This document shows, in pieces, positions 9,444 to 19,656 of a DNA stretch of 64,000 nucleotides. The stretch's first letter is position 1; every line of letters starts with the position of its first letter. The DNA lies in the IMG/VR virus record IMGVR_UViG_3300050120_000152, positions 62,001 through 126,000 of that record; one strand, given 5' to 3'. The notes beneath the pieces were generated by a model, which had not been told where the DNA came from, ran no database searches, and worked only from the letters and a program-made list of their open reading frames with translations. Both the position numbers and the translations under genes were made by a program.

Positions 9444-10013
9444 ATGAATTTACAAGAATACCAAAATTATGCATTAAGAACGGAGTCAATTATTAGTGAA
9501 GTTGTAGTAGAAGATAAGCATGAGTTAAATTATGTGTTATCAGCATTTATTACTGTAGGAGAAATGCTTGATTGCTATAAGAAAGCTGCATACTATCATA
9601 ATCCCAAAAAATATAATGAACAATTTCAAGAATTAACCCAAAAGTTAGTATTTTTTGCTGAAGCGTTGTCTAGGCATAAATCATTAGAACATACCCCAGC
9701 AAAACTTAATATTGATCCTCGTACATTCCACGGAATCGTTGGAATCGCCAGCGAAAGCGTGGAATTAGTAATGGCATTAGAAAAAGCCTTGAATGGTCAT
9801 GAAATTGATCCCGTTAATGTACAGGAAGAACTATCGGATATCGCATGGTATAATGCAATTTTAAATGACACGCTGAACCTTTCATGGGAAGAAGGTCTTG
9901 AACGTAATATTGCCAAGCTTAAGGCTCGATATCCTGAAAAATATTCAGATAAAAATGCTGAAATTCGTGATTTACATGTTGAACGAAAGATTCTTGAAGG
10001 TAATGGTGAATGA
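9444..10013 (+). CDS. MazG-like NTP pyrophosphohydrolase
   Basis: GIASESVEL, EELSDIAWY, NIAKLKARYPEKY. Confidence 0.85.
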   Translation: MNLQEYQNYALRTESIISEVVVEDKHELNYVLSAFITVGEMLDCYKKAAYYHNPKKYNEQFQELTQKLVFFAEALSRHKSLEHTPAKLNIDPRTFHGIVGIASESVELVMALEKALNGHEIDPVNVQEELSDIAWYNAILNDTLNLSWEEGLERNIAKLKARYPEKYSDKNAEIRDLHVERKILEGNGE

Positions 10014-10097
10014 AAATCAATAATATTATTGAAAAACAAATAGCAGAAGTAGTAACAGTAATTGACTGATCTTGAACCTTGAGTTATACTTGGTAAA

Positions 10098-10676
10098 ATG
10101 AGTAAGTTTATGGACAATCAAAAAGTAGTAATATTAGATGCTGACGATACTCTGTTAGGGCTGCATGTTCCATTGTGTGCAGCTCTAAATGAGTTTACAG
10201 GAAAATCAATTTCATGTAATGAATGGGGAACATTTAATGTTACTGACATTTATGATGGTTTGCATATCGAAGATTTTTATAAACTAATCATAGGTAAAGA
10301 GTTATTAATATTAGCTGAACCGTATGAAAATACTAAAAACACATTGAACACATTGAAGCAATTGGGATATTATATAGTAATCATTAGTTCTCGCGGTTAC
10401 CATGATAACGGTTATGATGTGACTAAACGGTGGTTTGAAACCCATAATATACCATTTGATAAAATTCATATATCAGGTAATGGTATTAAAAAATCCATGT
10501 ATTCGATGATGTATGACAATGTAATAATGTCAGTTGATGATAATATAGAAAATTGTGAAGATTTTTCCAAAAATGGATGCATAAATAATGTGGTACTTAT
10601 GGATCAACCGTGGAACAGAAACAACAATGAATTTAAACGAATACATTCGATTGAAGAAATACTTGATTTGATTTAA
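10098..10676 (+). CDS. HAD-family 5'(3')-deoxyribonucleotidase
   Basis: LDADDTL, ISSR, VDDN, DQPWN. Confidence 0.8.
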   Translation: MSKFMDNQKVVILDADDTLLGLHVPLCAALNEFTGKSISCNEWGTFNVTDIYDGLHIEDFYKLIIGKELLILAEPYENTKNTLNTLKQLGYYIVIISSRGYHDNGYDVTKRWFETHNIPFDKIHISGNGIKKSMYSMMYDNVIMSVDDNIENCEDFSKNGCINNVVLMDQPWNRNNNEFKRIHSIEEILDLI

Positions 10677-10724
10677 CAGGAAAATATTTTCCTGTAGTAC
10701 AATAACTAAAACAGGAAGATAATT

Positions 10725-11012
10725 ATGAAATTCGCAAATAAAACTAAAGTAAAGAGCCTTCTAGAAAAGGGTGGTGTGTTAATTGATCTACGTGATCCAG
10801 TATCTTTCCGTAATGGATCAATTGATGGCGCTAAAAATCTTCCATTGACTAATTTTATTAATAGTTTTTTGAAGTTTGATAAAAACAAGCCTATTGTGCT
10901 TATTGTGAATTTTGTTGATGATGCTGATCTTAAAACCGTCAATACTTATGCAGATCAGTTAGGCTATGAAAAGGTTTGGGCAGCTGAATACAATCAGTTG
11001 CGTGGCGAATAA
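10725..11012 (+). CDS. Rhodanese-like domain protein
   Basis: LIDLRDPVSFRNGSIDGAKNLP; catalytic Cys not evident. Confidence 0.7.
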   Translation: MKFANKTKVKSLLEKGGVLIDLRDPVSFRNGSIDGAKNLPLTNFINSFLKFDKNKPIVLIVNFVDDADLKTVNTYADQLGYEKVWAAEYNQLRGE

Positions 11013-11016
11013 TGGA

Positions 11017-11045
11017 TTGACAATTGCATTATAGTAGCGTATAGT
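11017..11045 (+). promoter_or_regulatory. Sigma70-type early promoter (representative; similar TTGACA sites at about 12925, 18359, 27568, 42473, 44714, 52090, 53187, 54667, 58188)
   Basis: TTGACA-17 bp-TATAGT. Confidence 0.75.
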
Positions 11046-11100
11046 GGCTTCCTAATCGGAAGCCATTTTCACTTCCATCACATCACATTAGGAATATATC

Positions 11101-12288
11101 ATGTTGGGTCTTTTTTTATTTTTAATAATCATGTCTTTTCTGGTTGCTGTAGTATGCCGTTATGGCTTTCCAAATCGGTTTAATAATTTCGAAACCTGTC
11201 TAATCATAGGTGGTTCCCTATTGTGCGGCTTACTTCTTATGGGTATCGTCTCGTGGAATGCTACATCAGATTATGATGTTCTTAATGGACAGGTCACAAG
11301 CAAAGTTATGGAACGTGTAAGCTGTTCCCACAGTTATCAATGCCATTGTCATACAGTGAGTTCAGGTTATGGTAAAAGTCGTTCTTCACATACTGAATGT
11401 GATACTTGTTATGAACATCCGTATGATCAAGATTGGGTTGTAAAATCGACCATTGGAAATTTTGATATCAATCGTGTAGACCGCCAAGGTCTTGATGAAC
11501 CTCATCGCTGGACTATTGTAAATAAGAATGATCCAGTATCGGATACCGAAACTGTAAGAAATTACGTGTTGGCTGCACCAAATAGCTTGTTCAATGTGTC
11601 TAAATTTGCTAACGATAATGCTACTTTCGGTAAATATTTTCCATCGTATCCCAAAGTATATGATTACTACCACTTTGATCATGTCATCAATATGGGTGTG
11701 ACTGGACTTAAGATTAAAGATTATAATGTTGCTATGGCCGATATTATGCGAAACATTGGCCCCGCTAAACAAGCTAATATTGTTGTGGTGTTTGTTCCAA
11801 TTGATAATCGTGCCTACTTACAAGCATTAGAGCGTCATTGGCTTGGTTCCAAAAAGAATGATATTGTGGTAGTTATCGGAATCACTCATTATCCGCAGAT
11901 CGCATGGGCTGGTGCGTTCACATTCGGCAAGAGTGCTAAGAATGAATTGCTTGTAGTGAAAATGCGTGATACCATCGAAAATGTAAATGATGTATCAAAG
12001 GTGGATGATGTTGTAGCTCAGATCAAAGTTAATGCTGAATATTATTATAATCGCCAATCAATGAGTAACTATGAATACCTCAAACACGATTATTTCCCTA
12101 GTTCGAAAGCATTAATTATTTCTGGTGTGTTCTATCTTATCGTCTTACTAGCTTTGTTGGTGTTTTTCTGGCTCAAAGACGTTACCATGAATGGTATTGC
12201 AAATGGTGAAACATCAGGTTATAATGGTAACACAAGCAAATCGTTCTCAAATCTCAATCGTTTCAATAACTCAAGGAAATTCAAATGA
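11101..12288 (+). CDS. Membrane protein with a Cys/His-rich extracytoplasmic region
   Basis: Two N-terminal and one C-terminal TM helices; CSHSYQCHC...CDTCYEH. Confidence 0.7.
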   Translation: MLGLFLFLIIMSFLVAVVCRYGFPNRFNNFETCLIIGGSLLCGLLLMGIVSWNATSDYDVLNGQVTSKVMERVSCSHSYQCHCHTVSSGYGKSRSSHTECDTCYEHPYDQDWVVKSTIGNFDINRVDRQGLDEPHRWTIVNKNDPVSDTETVRNYVLAAPNSLFNVSKFANDNATFGKYFPSYPKVYDYYHFDHVINMGVTGLKIKDYNVAMADIMRNIGPAKQANIVVVFVPIDNRAYLQALERHWLGSKKNDIVVVIGITHYPQIAWAGAFTFGKSAKNELLVVKMRDTIENVNDVSKVDDVVAQIKVNAEYYYNRQSMSNYEYLKHDYFPSSKALIISGVFYLIVLLALLVFFWLKDVTMNGIANGETSGYNGNTSKSFSNLNRFNNSRKFK

Positions 12289-12833
12289 AATTAGGTCTTA
12301 TTATAGCTGGTGCATTTCTCGCTCTGGTCTTGATTATCTGCGGAGGCGCTTATGTTTCAGCCGCAAACTATGGTAATGCTTCAGAAATGGCCCTTAATGC
12401 TAAGGTATCTGATAGCCAGAATATTTTGGCAAACTATACTACTTCAATCGCGGAAATGATCCAAATTCCACAGATGTACAAGAAGGATTTGGGTGATATC
12501 ATTGACAAGACTTTCAAGGGTAGATACGGTGATGGTGGTTCAAAGGCAATGTTCCAGTTCATTAAGGAACAGAATTTGAATCTTGATCCATCCATGTACA
12601 AAAATGTACAGGAAAAGATGGAAGCTGGTCGTAATGAGTTCAAGGATTCACAGACTGCTGTAATTGACTATAAGCGTAGCTACCAGACCTCATTGGGTTC
12701 AGTATGGGAAGGTTTCTGGTTAAAGCGGACAGGCTATCCAAAGATTGATCTTACAGCGATTCAACCAGTCATTAATGATCATACGGCTGAAGCTTTCAAG
12801 ACCCATCGCGATGAAGGTATCAAACTTCAGTAA
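12285..12833 (+). CDS. LemA-like membrane-anchored helical protein
   Basis: N-terminal TM, helical body ending in RSYQTSLGSVWEGFWLKRTGY; coupled to the upstream gene. Confidence 0.55.
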   Translation: MKLGLIIAGAFLALVLIICGGAYVSAANYGNASEMALNAKVSDSQNILANYTTSIAEMIQIPQMYKKDLGDIIDKTFKGRYGDGGSKAMFQFIKEQNLNLDPSMYKNVQEKMEAGRNEFKDSQTAVIDYKRSYQTSLGSVWEGFWLKRTGYPKIDLTAIQPVINDHTAEAFKTHRDEGIKLQ

Positions 12834-12844
12834 TCGTTACAATT

Positions 12845-12895
12845 TAATATGTTAAAATGAATGCGGCCATAGTGCCGCATTCATTTTTGGAAAAT
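12845..12895 (+). repeat. ~50-bp imperfect direct repeat copy 1 (terminator hairpin); copy 2 at about 14274-14334
   Basis: taatatgttaaaatgaatgcggccatagtgccgcattcatttttggaaaat versus taatatgttatactgaatgcggccattatgaccgcattctttttaggaaaat. Confidence 0.7.
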
Positions 12896-13028
12896 GATGG
12901 ATGGAACGGTGGTGATAGTAGGGATTGACATTCATTTTTAATGTGATAGACTTCACACTCTTGGCTTGGTATACAGTGGGGCCAGTCAAGTTAATCATTC
13001 CTACTAATTAAATCAATGGAGAATTAAA

Positions 13029-13586
13029 ATGAATAAACTTAATATTGTTTTGGGAATTGCTCTTGCTTTCGGTATTTCAACCGCAGCAATGGCTACTGAT
13101 GGTGGTAATACCTCGACTACTTCTGGTAGCGTGACAGGTCAGGTTACTGGTTGGCAGGGTGGTGTTATTGGTTCAACCGGCTCAACGACTATTGCTGGTT
13201 CACAAGCATCTACGGGTGTTGTTGGTACTGGCTCAAGTCAGCAATCGACGGTGAATAGCAGTGGTGGTGTTGCTTCTGCTGGAGGTTCTATTTCTGGCGC
13301 GGGCGTATCCACTTCCACGTCTGGTGCAACTTATAGCAATGGTGCGAGCAGTGGAGCTTTCACAGGTTCAGCAGGCGACTTCCGTAATGATACAAGTGGT
13401 GGTGCACAGTCCAATGTTGCTGCAACTGTAAGTGGCTCGTTCACCTTAAGCTCGTTCGGTGGAAGTGCTTCATTTGGCGGAAGTCAGAGTAGTGACTCAC
13501 AAGGAAATCAGAGCGGTAATGGTCAGGGAAATGGTAATGGTAATGGAACGGGCGAATCCGGTAATAATGGTCATGGCCATAATTAA
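13029..13586 (+). CDS. Secreted Gly/Ser/Thr-rich low-complexity protein
   Basis: Sec signal ending AMA; G/S/T-rich body; GN repeats at the C-terminus. Confidence 0.75.
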   Translation: MNKLNIVLGIALAFGISTAAMATDGGNTSTTSGSVTGQVTGWQGGVIGSTGSTTIAGSQASTGVVGTGSSQQSTVNSSGGVASAGGSISGAGVSTSTSGATYSNGASSGAFTGSAGDFRNDTSGGAQSNVAATVSGSFTLSSFGGSASFGGSQSSDSQGNQSGNGQGNGNGNGTGESGNNGHGHN

Positions 13587-13660
13587 TATTAGCTAATTAA
13601 TATAAATGAGGAAGGATAATATCCTTCCTCATTTCACTTCACGACATACAGGGATTCATC

Positions 13661-14257
13661 ATGAAATTAAAAATTTTTCTAATCATTTTATTATCATTAA
13701 GTTCAATGAACTTAATAGCACAAGATATAACAAACGGCAACACAGCAGCTTCCAGCGCAACTACCAACACTGCCGCAAACTCAGTTAATGGTGGATTGCA
13801 AAATCAACAAAATTTTATTACCAATAATCCAGATACTATACATTATAGTGGGTCATTTACGCAACATAATGTGCCTTCTGTATCACTGGGTTCTTTTGGT
13901 AATAGTTTTTCTAGTGATTATTGTAGTGGCACTATGCAGGCTTCCGTTGGTATTGCAGGCTTTGGTGCTGCCGCTGGCACACAGAAATTAGATGAAGGAT
14001 GTCAACTACTTCGTACCAGTGATATGCTAATGCGTATTTCGGCGGTTGAACGGGCGAATGCTGCTGCATCTTGGCAATTTGCTAAACAGTTTAATCAGAA
14101 AGGCAGTCAACTTGCCGATATTGCACAGAAAGCATCGTATGCAAAGGCTGAAAAGGCAGATCAACTTGAAGATGCTGCAATTAATAATATCTGTTCTATT
14201 AGTGATAAAATTTTAAAAAATATGGTTGCCGCAGGCATTCAGTGTCCCAAACGCTGA
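13661..14257 (+). CDS. Secreted hypothetical protein
   Basis: Signal peptide; NVPSVS...DYCSG...GFG...GCQLLR pattern with paired Cys. Confidence 0.7.
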   Translation: MKLKIFLIILLSLSSMNLIAQDITNGNTAASSATTNTAANSVNGGLQNQQNFITNNPDTIHYSGSFTQHNVPSVSLGSFGNSFSSDYCSGTMQASVGIAGFGAAAGTQKLDEGCQLLRTSDMLMRISAVERANAAASWQFAKQFNQKGSQLADIAQKASYAKAEKADQLEDAAINNICSISDKILKNMVAAGIQCPKR

Positions 14258-14299
14258 CTTGACTATAAGATGTAATATGTTATACTGAATGCGGCCATT

Positions 14300-14614
14300 A
14301 TGACCGCATTCTTTTTAGGAAAATTTAATGAGTGTCTATCTTGGGATGAAACCCAAGAATGGTTTGATCTACTAAGAGTAACTAGCGTCCCAATTCTTTA
14401 TGATGGAATTTATGACGAACATAAAATAAAATCTTTGTGGGATCAATCTAAACGCGATATCATGGAAGGTTATGTAATTCGTATAGCAGATGGGTTTGCT
14501 TATAGAGATTTTAAGAAATATGTAGCCAAGTTTGTACGTAAAGGTCATGTAAGCCAAAAAACACATTGGCGTTATCAAAAAGTTATTCCAAATGGTCTTA
14601 AATTTAAGGATTAA
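14300..14614 (+). pseudogene. C-terminal half of an ATP-dependent RNA ligase
   Basis: LSWDET, VPILYDG, EGYVIR and AKFVRKGH motifs present; the N-terminal KxDG motif is missing. Confidence 0.6.
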
Positions 14615-14832
14615 TATGCAAATCATAGAAAATGCATTATTTCAAATTGAATGTGCGAAATTAATGGGTGATATCTATATAAGAGTTAATTTGCCAGAGT
14701 CACTTCATCCATGGGCATTGAAAGAGTTAACGGAAGTTCATCATTTAATATGTAAATTTAAAAGTATTGATAATTCTTCAGTATATACTGAACCGCAATA
14801 CATTTATGATGTATTTTTTAAGGAGTAATATT

Positions 14833-15210
14833 ATGGGATGTTGTGGGCCACTTTCAGGTCGTAAAATAACGACTTCATGTTATGAAACACCAATACCTAA
14901 GCGTATTGAAGGTAATCCTGATCCAAAAAATTATAAAATTGGTAAAATTGTTCAGATGAACAATCTACTTATAGTTAAAATTAATTATCCAGATTGTAAA
15001 AATTATGAAGGTGATAAAATTTTAATATTTGAAGATGTATCGTTGGAAGATTTGATGCACACCAAAATCATTGATCCTCATTTTACAAATGCATTACGTG
15101 CACATATTGTACCAATTGCCAGATTCAAACCGGATGATGAAGGAATGAACATGGCAATAACATTTGCCAGATTTTGGAAATCTGGCTATGAAAGATTATT
15201 CACTGGATAG
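14833..15210 (+). CDS. Hypothetical phage protein
   Basis: AGGAG RBS before MGCCGP; NPDPKNY...YPDCKNYEGDKI...DPHF. Confidence 0.6.
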   Translation: MGCCGPLSGRKITTSCYETPIPKRIEGNPDPKNYKIGKIVQMNNLLIVKINYPDCKNYEGDKILIFEDVSLEDLMHTKIIDPHFTNALRAHIVPIARFKPDDEGMNMAITFARFWKSGYERLFTG

Positions 15211-15215
15211 GTGTA

Positions 15216-15533
15216 GTGAAATATATTGCATGTTTGTTTCTATTTATGCTATCATGGTCGTGTAAAGCTCAGATCAACACTACTGATCTTACTTGTCCAT
15301 GCATTGTACCGAAACATGGTGATGTTTCGGAAACGTGTGCCATGGAACAAGGTTTTATAGATATAAAAACGTATGTATCATATATTTGTGCTGACAACTA
15401 TACAGCACATATAATTAAAGAAGATTATATTTACTTGAAAAAAGATAGATTCAGGTTTATTCGTATACATTATGCAGTAGATGATCCAATTCAATGTATT
15501 CCCTTAAACATATTCGAAAATAGGTGTATTTAA
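15216..15533 (+). CDS. Hypothetical secreted protein
   Basis: Signal peptide, Cys-rich. Confidence 0.5.
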   Translation: MKYIACLFLFMLSWSCKAQINTTDLTCPCIVPKHGDVSETCAMEQGFIDIKTYVSYICADNYTAHIIKEDYIYLKKDRFRFIRIHYAVDDPIQCIPLNIFENRCI

Positions 15534-15534
15534 A

Positions 15535-16722
15535 ATGAAAATTTTTAAGGTAGGTGGAAGCATTCGTGATTTCTTTCTAAAAAAGACTCCACACGATCAT
15601 GATTATGTAGTCGTGGGTGCAACACCTTCTGAAATGGAATCTATGGGCTATAAACAAGTCGGTAAGGACTTCCCGGTCTACTTGCATCCTGATACTGGCG
15701 AAGAGTACGCGTTGGCTCGTACAGAGCGTAAAACAGGCTTGAAGCATACTGATTTTGATACAGTGTTTGATACTTCGGTAACCATTGAAACTGACCTTGC
15801 CAGACGTGATTTAACGATAAATTCTATTGCGCAAGATTTGGAAACTGGTGAATACATCGATCCATTCAATGGCATTCAAGATATTGAAAATAAAGTGCTG
15901 CGTCATACCACGGAAGCCTTCAAGGAAGACCCATTGCGTGTATTGCGTTTGGGACGTTTCTGTGCAAAATTTCCAGATTTTGAAGTGGCCGATGATACAG
16001 ATACAATGGTAAATCATATGATTGCCCGTGGTGAATTGGAGCATTTGTCCAAGGATCGTGTGTGGGAAGAAACTAAGAAAGCAGTGTTGTCAAAAGAACC
16101 GTTTAAATATTTTCTATTCTTACATCATGTGGAAGCATTACAATATGCTGTCATCGGTGGAAATATGATTACGGCTGAATTTGCTGAAGCGTTTAAGCGG
16201 ATTACCGAGTCTACTGAAAAAATGCCAGATGATGAAAAACTGTTGTGTCGTATGGCAGTCGTTTATTACCATTTGGGTACTTTATATAAATTGCAGTATC
16301 AATCTAACAAAGCTGCTACAGCAGAATTGAATACATGGAAAATTCCAACAGAAATTGCAGAATTTATTCAATTGGTGAATACTAAAGCATATGCGCTGAC
16401 GCATACTATTTTTAATTATAAGAATTTAGTTGAAATTATGGATGATATTGGAGTACGTAATAGAATTCAGAAGAATGACAGTTTCTTACAGAATTTGGGT
16501 TTAGTGTGTAACGCAATTTATCCAACAAAAGATATGTCTGCTACATATGACCCTGAATGGAATATTAAACATTTTATTGAACATGTACCATGCTATTTCG
16601 ATACCAAGGAAGCATTGGCCGAATGGATGGATGTAAATAAGCATGCTACAGGTAAAGAAATCAATGACAGATTGAAATTGATTAGAATACAAAATATGTT
16701 TTTAAATAGAGCTACACTATGA
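15535..16722 (+). CDS. cca: tRNA nucleotidyltransferase (CCA-adding enzyme, class II)
   Basis: VGGSIRD, DHDYVVVGA, VGKDFPV, EYALARTERK, DLARRDLTINSIA, EDPLRVLR. Confidence 0.95.
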   Translation: MKIFKVGGSIRDFFLKKTPHDHDYVVVGATPSEMESMGYKQVGKDFPVYLHPDTGEEYALARTERKTGLKHTDFDTVFDTSVTIETDLARRDLTINSIAQDLETGEYIDPFNGIQDIENKVLRHTTEAFKEDPLRVLRLGRFCAKFPDFEVADDTDTMVNHMIARGELEHLSKDRVWEETKKAVLSKEPFKYFLFLHHVEALQYAVIGGNMITAEFAEAFKRITESTEKMPDDEKLLCRMAVVYYHLGTLYKLQYQSNKAATAELNTWKIPTEIAEFIQLVNTKAYALTHTIFNYKNLVEIMDDIGVRNRIQKNDSFLQNLGLVCNAIYPTKDMSATYDPEWNIKHFIEHVPCYFDTKEALAEWMDVNKHATGKEINDRLKLIRIQNMFLNRATL

Positions 16723-17330
16723 AGAAAGTAAAAGCCGTAGTATTTGATGCATATGGTACCATTGTAAAAATTGGGAAAAAGACTAAACCACTAAATCCAT
16801 ATAAAATGATTTCCGGTAATATTAAAAATCATGGTTACAATCCTGTAACCATGGAGTTATCATTGAAAGATTATGATGAAATAATGCAAGGTAGTTCAGC
16901 CTATATAGATAATTATATTGAAGCTGAGATTGCTCTTCAAAAAGAAATTAAGTCTATCAAACCGTTCCCAGAAGCTATGGATGTAATGAAAATATTAAAG
17001 AAACATGGAATTAAAATTGCAGTTTGTTCTAATTTAGCACAACCATATGCACAGCCGATCATTGACATTTTTGGTGATGTAGTAGATGAATATGTTTGGA
17101 GTTTCAACACATTTGCTAAACCTGATATTCGAATTTATCAAATTGTAGAAGAGCGACTTGGATTACTAGGTAACGATATTCATATGATCGGAGATAGTTA
17201 CATCAATGATTATATGACGCCCAAAGAATTTATGGGTTGGTCGGCAACATTTTTGGATAGAACTGGCGGTGATGCTGGGCATCCATCGGTGTCACGCCTT
17301 AATTCTATTTTTCTGGATATTCAATTATGA
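16719..17330 (+). CDS. HAD-family hydrolase
   Basis: VFDAYGT, CSN, KPD, MIGDS..ND. Confidence 0.85.
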   Translation: MKKVKAVVFDAYGTIVKIGKKTKPLNPYKMISGNIKNHGYNPVTMELSLKDYDEIMQGSSAYIDNYIEAEIALQKEIKSIKPFPEAMDVMKILKKHGIKIAVCSNLAQPYAQPIIDIFGDVVDEYVWSFNTFAKPDIRIYQIVEERLGLLGNDIHMIGDSYINDYMTPKEFMGWSATFLDRTGGDAGHPSVSRLNSIFLDIQL

Positions 17331-18349
17331 CAACTATATTAATCATAACCGACGCATTTTTGCCGCAGGTAAACGGGGTTGTAACTACTTTCATTAATAC
17401 TATAAAAGTATTAGAACAGGAAGGTTTTGTAGTAGATGTTATATCACCATCATTATTTAAAACGATTCCCTTAATTGGTTATAGAGAAATCAGAATTGCC
17501 ATCAATCCATGGATAGTCGGCAAATTGATAGAAACTATAAACCCCGATCATATCCATATTGCTACAGAAGGCCCAATAGGTTTATTTGCTGGAATTTATT
17601 GTCGAAAAAAAGGTTACCAATTTTCTACATCGTATCATACAAAAATGCCAGAGTATATCAAGGAAAGATATAAAGTTATACCAGTAAACTTTAGTTACAC
17701 TTATATGAAATTTATTCATCGCGGATCATCTAATATTTTAGTTACTACTGATTCTATGAAAACCGAACTGCTTAAACAGGGGTTTAAAAATAAAATAACT
17801 GTATGGGGTCGAGGGGTTGATACTACAATTTTTAATGATACAGGTAGAATACCACATAAAAAACTGTCACTACTATATGTAGGACGAATATCTATCGAAA
17901 AAAATATTAAGGCATATCTTGATATGCCTGTAGATGCAGTAAAATATGTAGTAGGTAATGGCCCTCTGTTGGAGACTTATAAGAAAAATTATAAAAATGA
18001 TCCTAATATTATATTTGTTGGTGAAAAGAAGGGCAAAGAATTACAATATTATTATGTAAATGCAGATGTATTTGTATTTCCTTCAAAAACTGACACACTT
18101 GGAATTGTATTGCTAGAATCCATAGCATGCGGTACGCCTGTCATAGCTTATCCAGTTACGGGGCCAATTGACTGTATTACAGATGGTTTGACTGGAATAT
18201 TAAGCAATAATCTTGGTAATATTGAGATGCAGAAAGCAATATTGTTAGATAGACATAAAATATTTGAAATAGGTCAAACTCTTACATGGGAAAAGTGTAC
18301 GGACATTTTCAGAAACTCTTTGGTGAGAGCATTGAACTATCGTAAATAA
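17327..18349 (+). CDS. GT4 glycosyltransferase, Agt-like (diacylglycerol glycosyltransferase)
   Basis: TDAFLPQVNGVV, HIATEGPIG, SYHTKMPEY, WGRGVD, VGRISIEKN, FPSKTDTLGIVLLE. Confidence 0.85.
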   Translation: MTTILIITDAFLPQVNGVVTTFINTIKVLEQEGFVVDVISPSLFKTIPLIGYREIRIAINPWIVGKLIETINPDHIHIATEGPIGLFAGIYCRKKGYQFSTSYHTKMPEYIKERYKVIPVNFSYTYMKFIHRGSSNILVTTDSMKTELLKQGFKNKITVWGRGVDTTIFNDTGRIPHKKLSLLYVGRISIEKNIKAYLDMPVDAVKYVVGNGPLLETYKKNYKNDPNIIFVGEKKGKELQYYYVNADVFVFPSKTDTLGIVLLESIACGTPVIAYPVTGPIDCITDGLTGILSNNLGNIEMQKAILLDRHKIFEIGQTLTWEKCTDIFRNSLVRALNYRK

Positions 18350-18418
18350 TGAGTTGGCTTGACACTTTCCATCAATTGCGTTACAATATCTTTTGAATAA
18401 TAAAAAAGGATTAGTACA

Positions 18419-18838
18419 ATGGAAACGCAAATGGTTACGTCATGTGGAGTGTTGGTCAAGCATGCCGGGAAATATATTCTCGGTCATGCTACAGGTCGAA
18501 TTCATTTTGATATTTTTAAGGGTAGAATGGATGAAGGTGAAACTTATCTTCAGACAGCATTGCGTGAATGTCAAGAAGAATCGGGATTAATCTTTACAGG
18601 TGAAGCTATTCATGATCTAGGTTTACATGATTATATTAAGAATAAAATGCTGTATCTTTATATCGGTAAACTTGAAGAATTGGACATGTCAACGATGGCA
18701 TGCTCAACCTATTTTGATAATAATATTCTTGAAATGGATTATTACGAATCATTTGAATTTGATGAAATGCTTACCAAGATCGGTAAAAACATGCGTCGAA
18801 TTTTTCTTTCATTAAAAGATACTATTGAAGCTTATTGA
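18419..18838 (+). CDS. NUDIX hydrolase
   Basis: KGRMDEGETYLQTALRECQEESG Nudix box. Confidence 0.9.
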   Translation: METQMVTSCGVLVKHAGKYILGHATGRIHFDIFKGRMDEGETYLQTALRECQEESGLIFTGEAIHDLGLHDYIKNKMLYLYIGKLEELDMSTMACSTYFDNNILEMDYYESFEFDEMLTKIGKNMRRIFLSLKDTIEAY

Positions 18839-19389
18839 GAATTATTATGTATACCTATATCCCAAATTTTATTGAAAATCCAGATGCAGTTTTGGATACT
18901 TTAGTCAATGACCTTGCATGGACTAGGCACGGTACTGTGCCGCGTTTGGAATATTATACCAGCAAACTCGGTTTACCATATTCTTACGGCGTAGCAGCCT
19001 ACGCCAGAGAGTATCCTTCACAAGCTTCTCATCCAACTATTGAATTGATCGAAAACAATCTTAATAAAGAAACTGGAGCCTCTTACGAGGTATGTTTCCT
19101 CAATAGATATGAAGATCAATCTGACCATTTAGGATGGCATGCAGATGATAGTCCAGAAATGGATGATACAAGACCAATCTGTATTGTAAGTTTAGGTGTT
19201 GAGCGTGAAATTTGGTTCAAACCACAAGGTGGTTCAGCAGATGATGTGTTCAAGTTGAAGCTTGGGCATGGTTCATTGTGTATTATGCCAGCCGGAATGC
19301 AAGATACACATTATCATAGAATTCCAAAGGCCAGCTTTTTGTGTGGTCGAAGAATTTCTTTAACTTATAGGGGCTATGTTGCACCATGA
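18835..19389 (+). CDS. AlkB-family 2OG-Fe(II) dioxygenase
   Basis: LNRY, GWHADD, VSLG, HRIPK, RISLTYR. Confidence 0.9.
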   Translation: MRIIMYTYIPNFIENPDAVLDTLVNDLAWTRHGTVPRLEYYTSKLGLPYSYGVAAYAREYPSQASHPTIELIENNLNKETGASYEVCFLNRYEDQSDHLGWHADDSPEMDDTRPICIVSLGVEREIWFKPQGGSADDVFKLKLGHGSLCIMPAGMQDTHYHRIPKASFLCGRRISLTYRGYVAP

Positions 19390-19656
19390 GAGAAATTACA
19401 CAAGAAGAGATAGATGCGGTTGTTGACGGAGCATTATTAATGATCGCTTCTCTTGGGCCATCAATATTTAATTTTTCAAACGTAAAGGTTACAGGAGAAA
19501 ATTTAGAAAATATGTGCTGTCTACTAAGAGTATTATCAACATGGAGAGTAGATATAACTGGTTATGAAATATGTATTTCACGATGTAAAACATGTTGTTT
19601 AGAAGATGGAATCGACCCTCAAGATATTTTATACGGTATGATACCGAAGGAATAAT

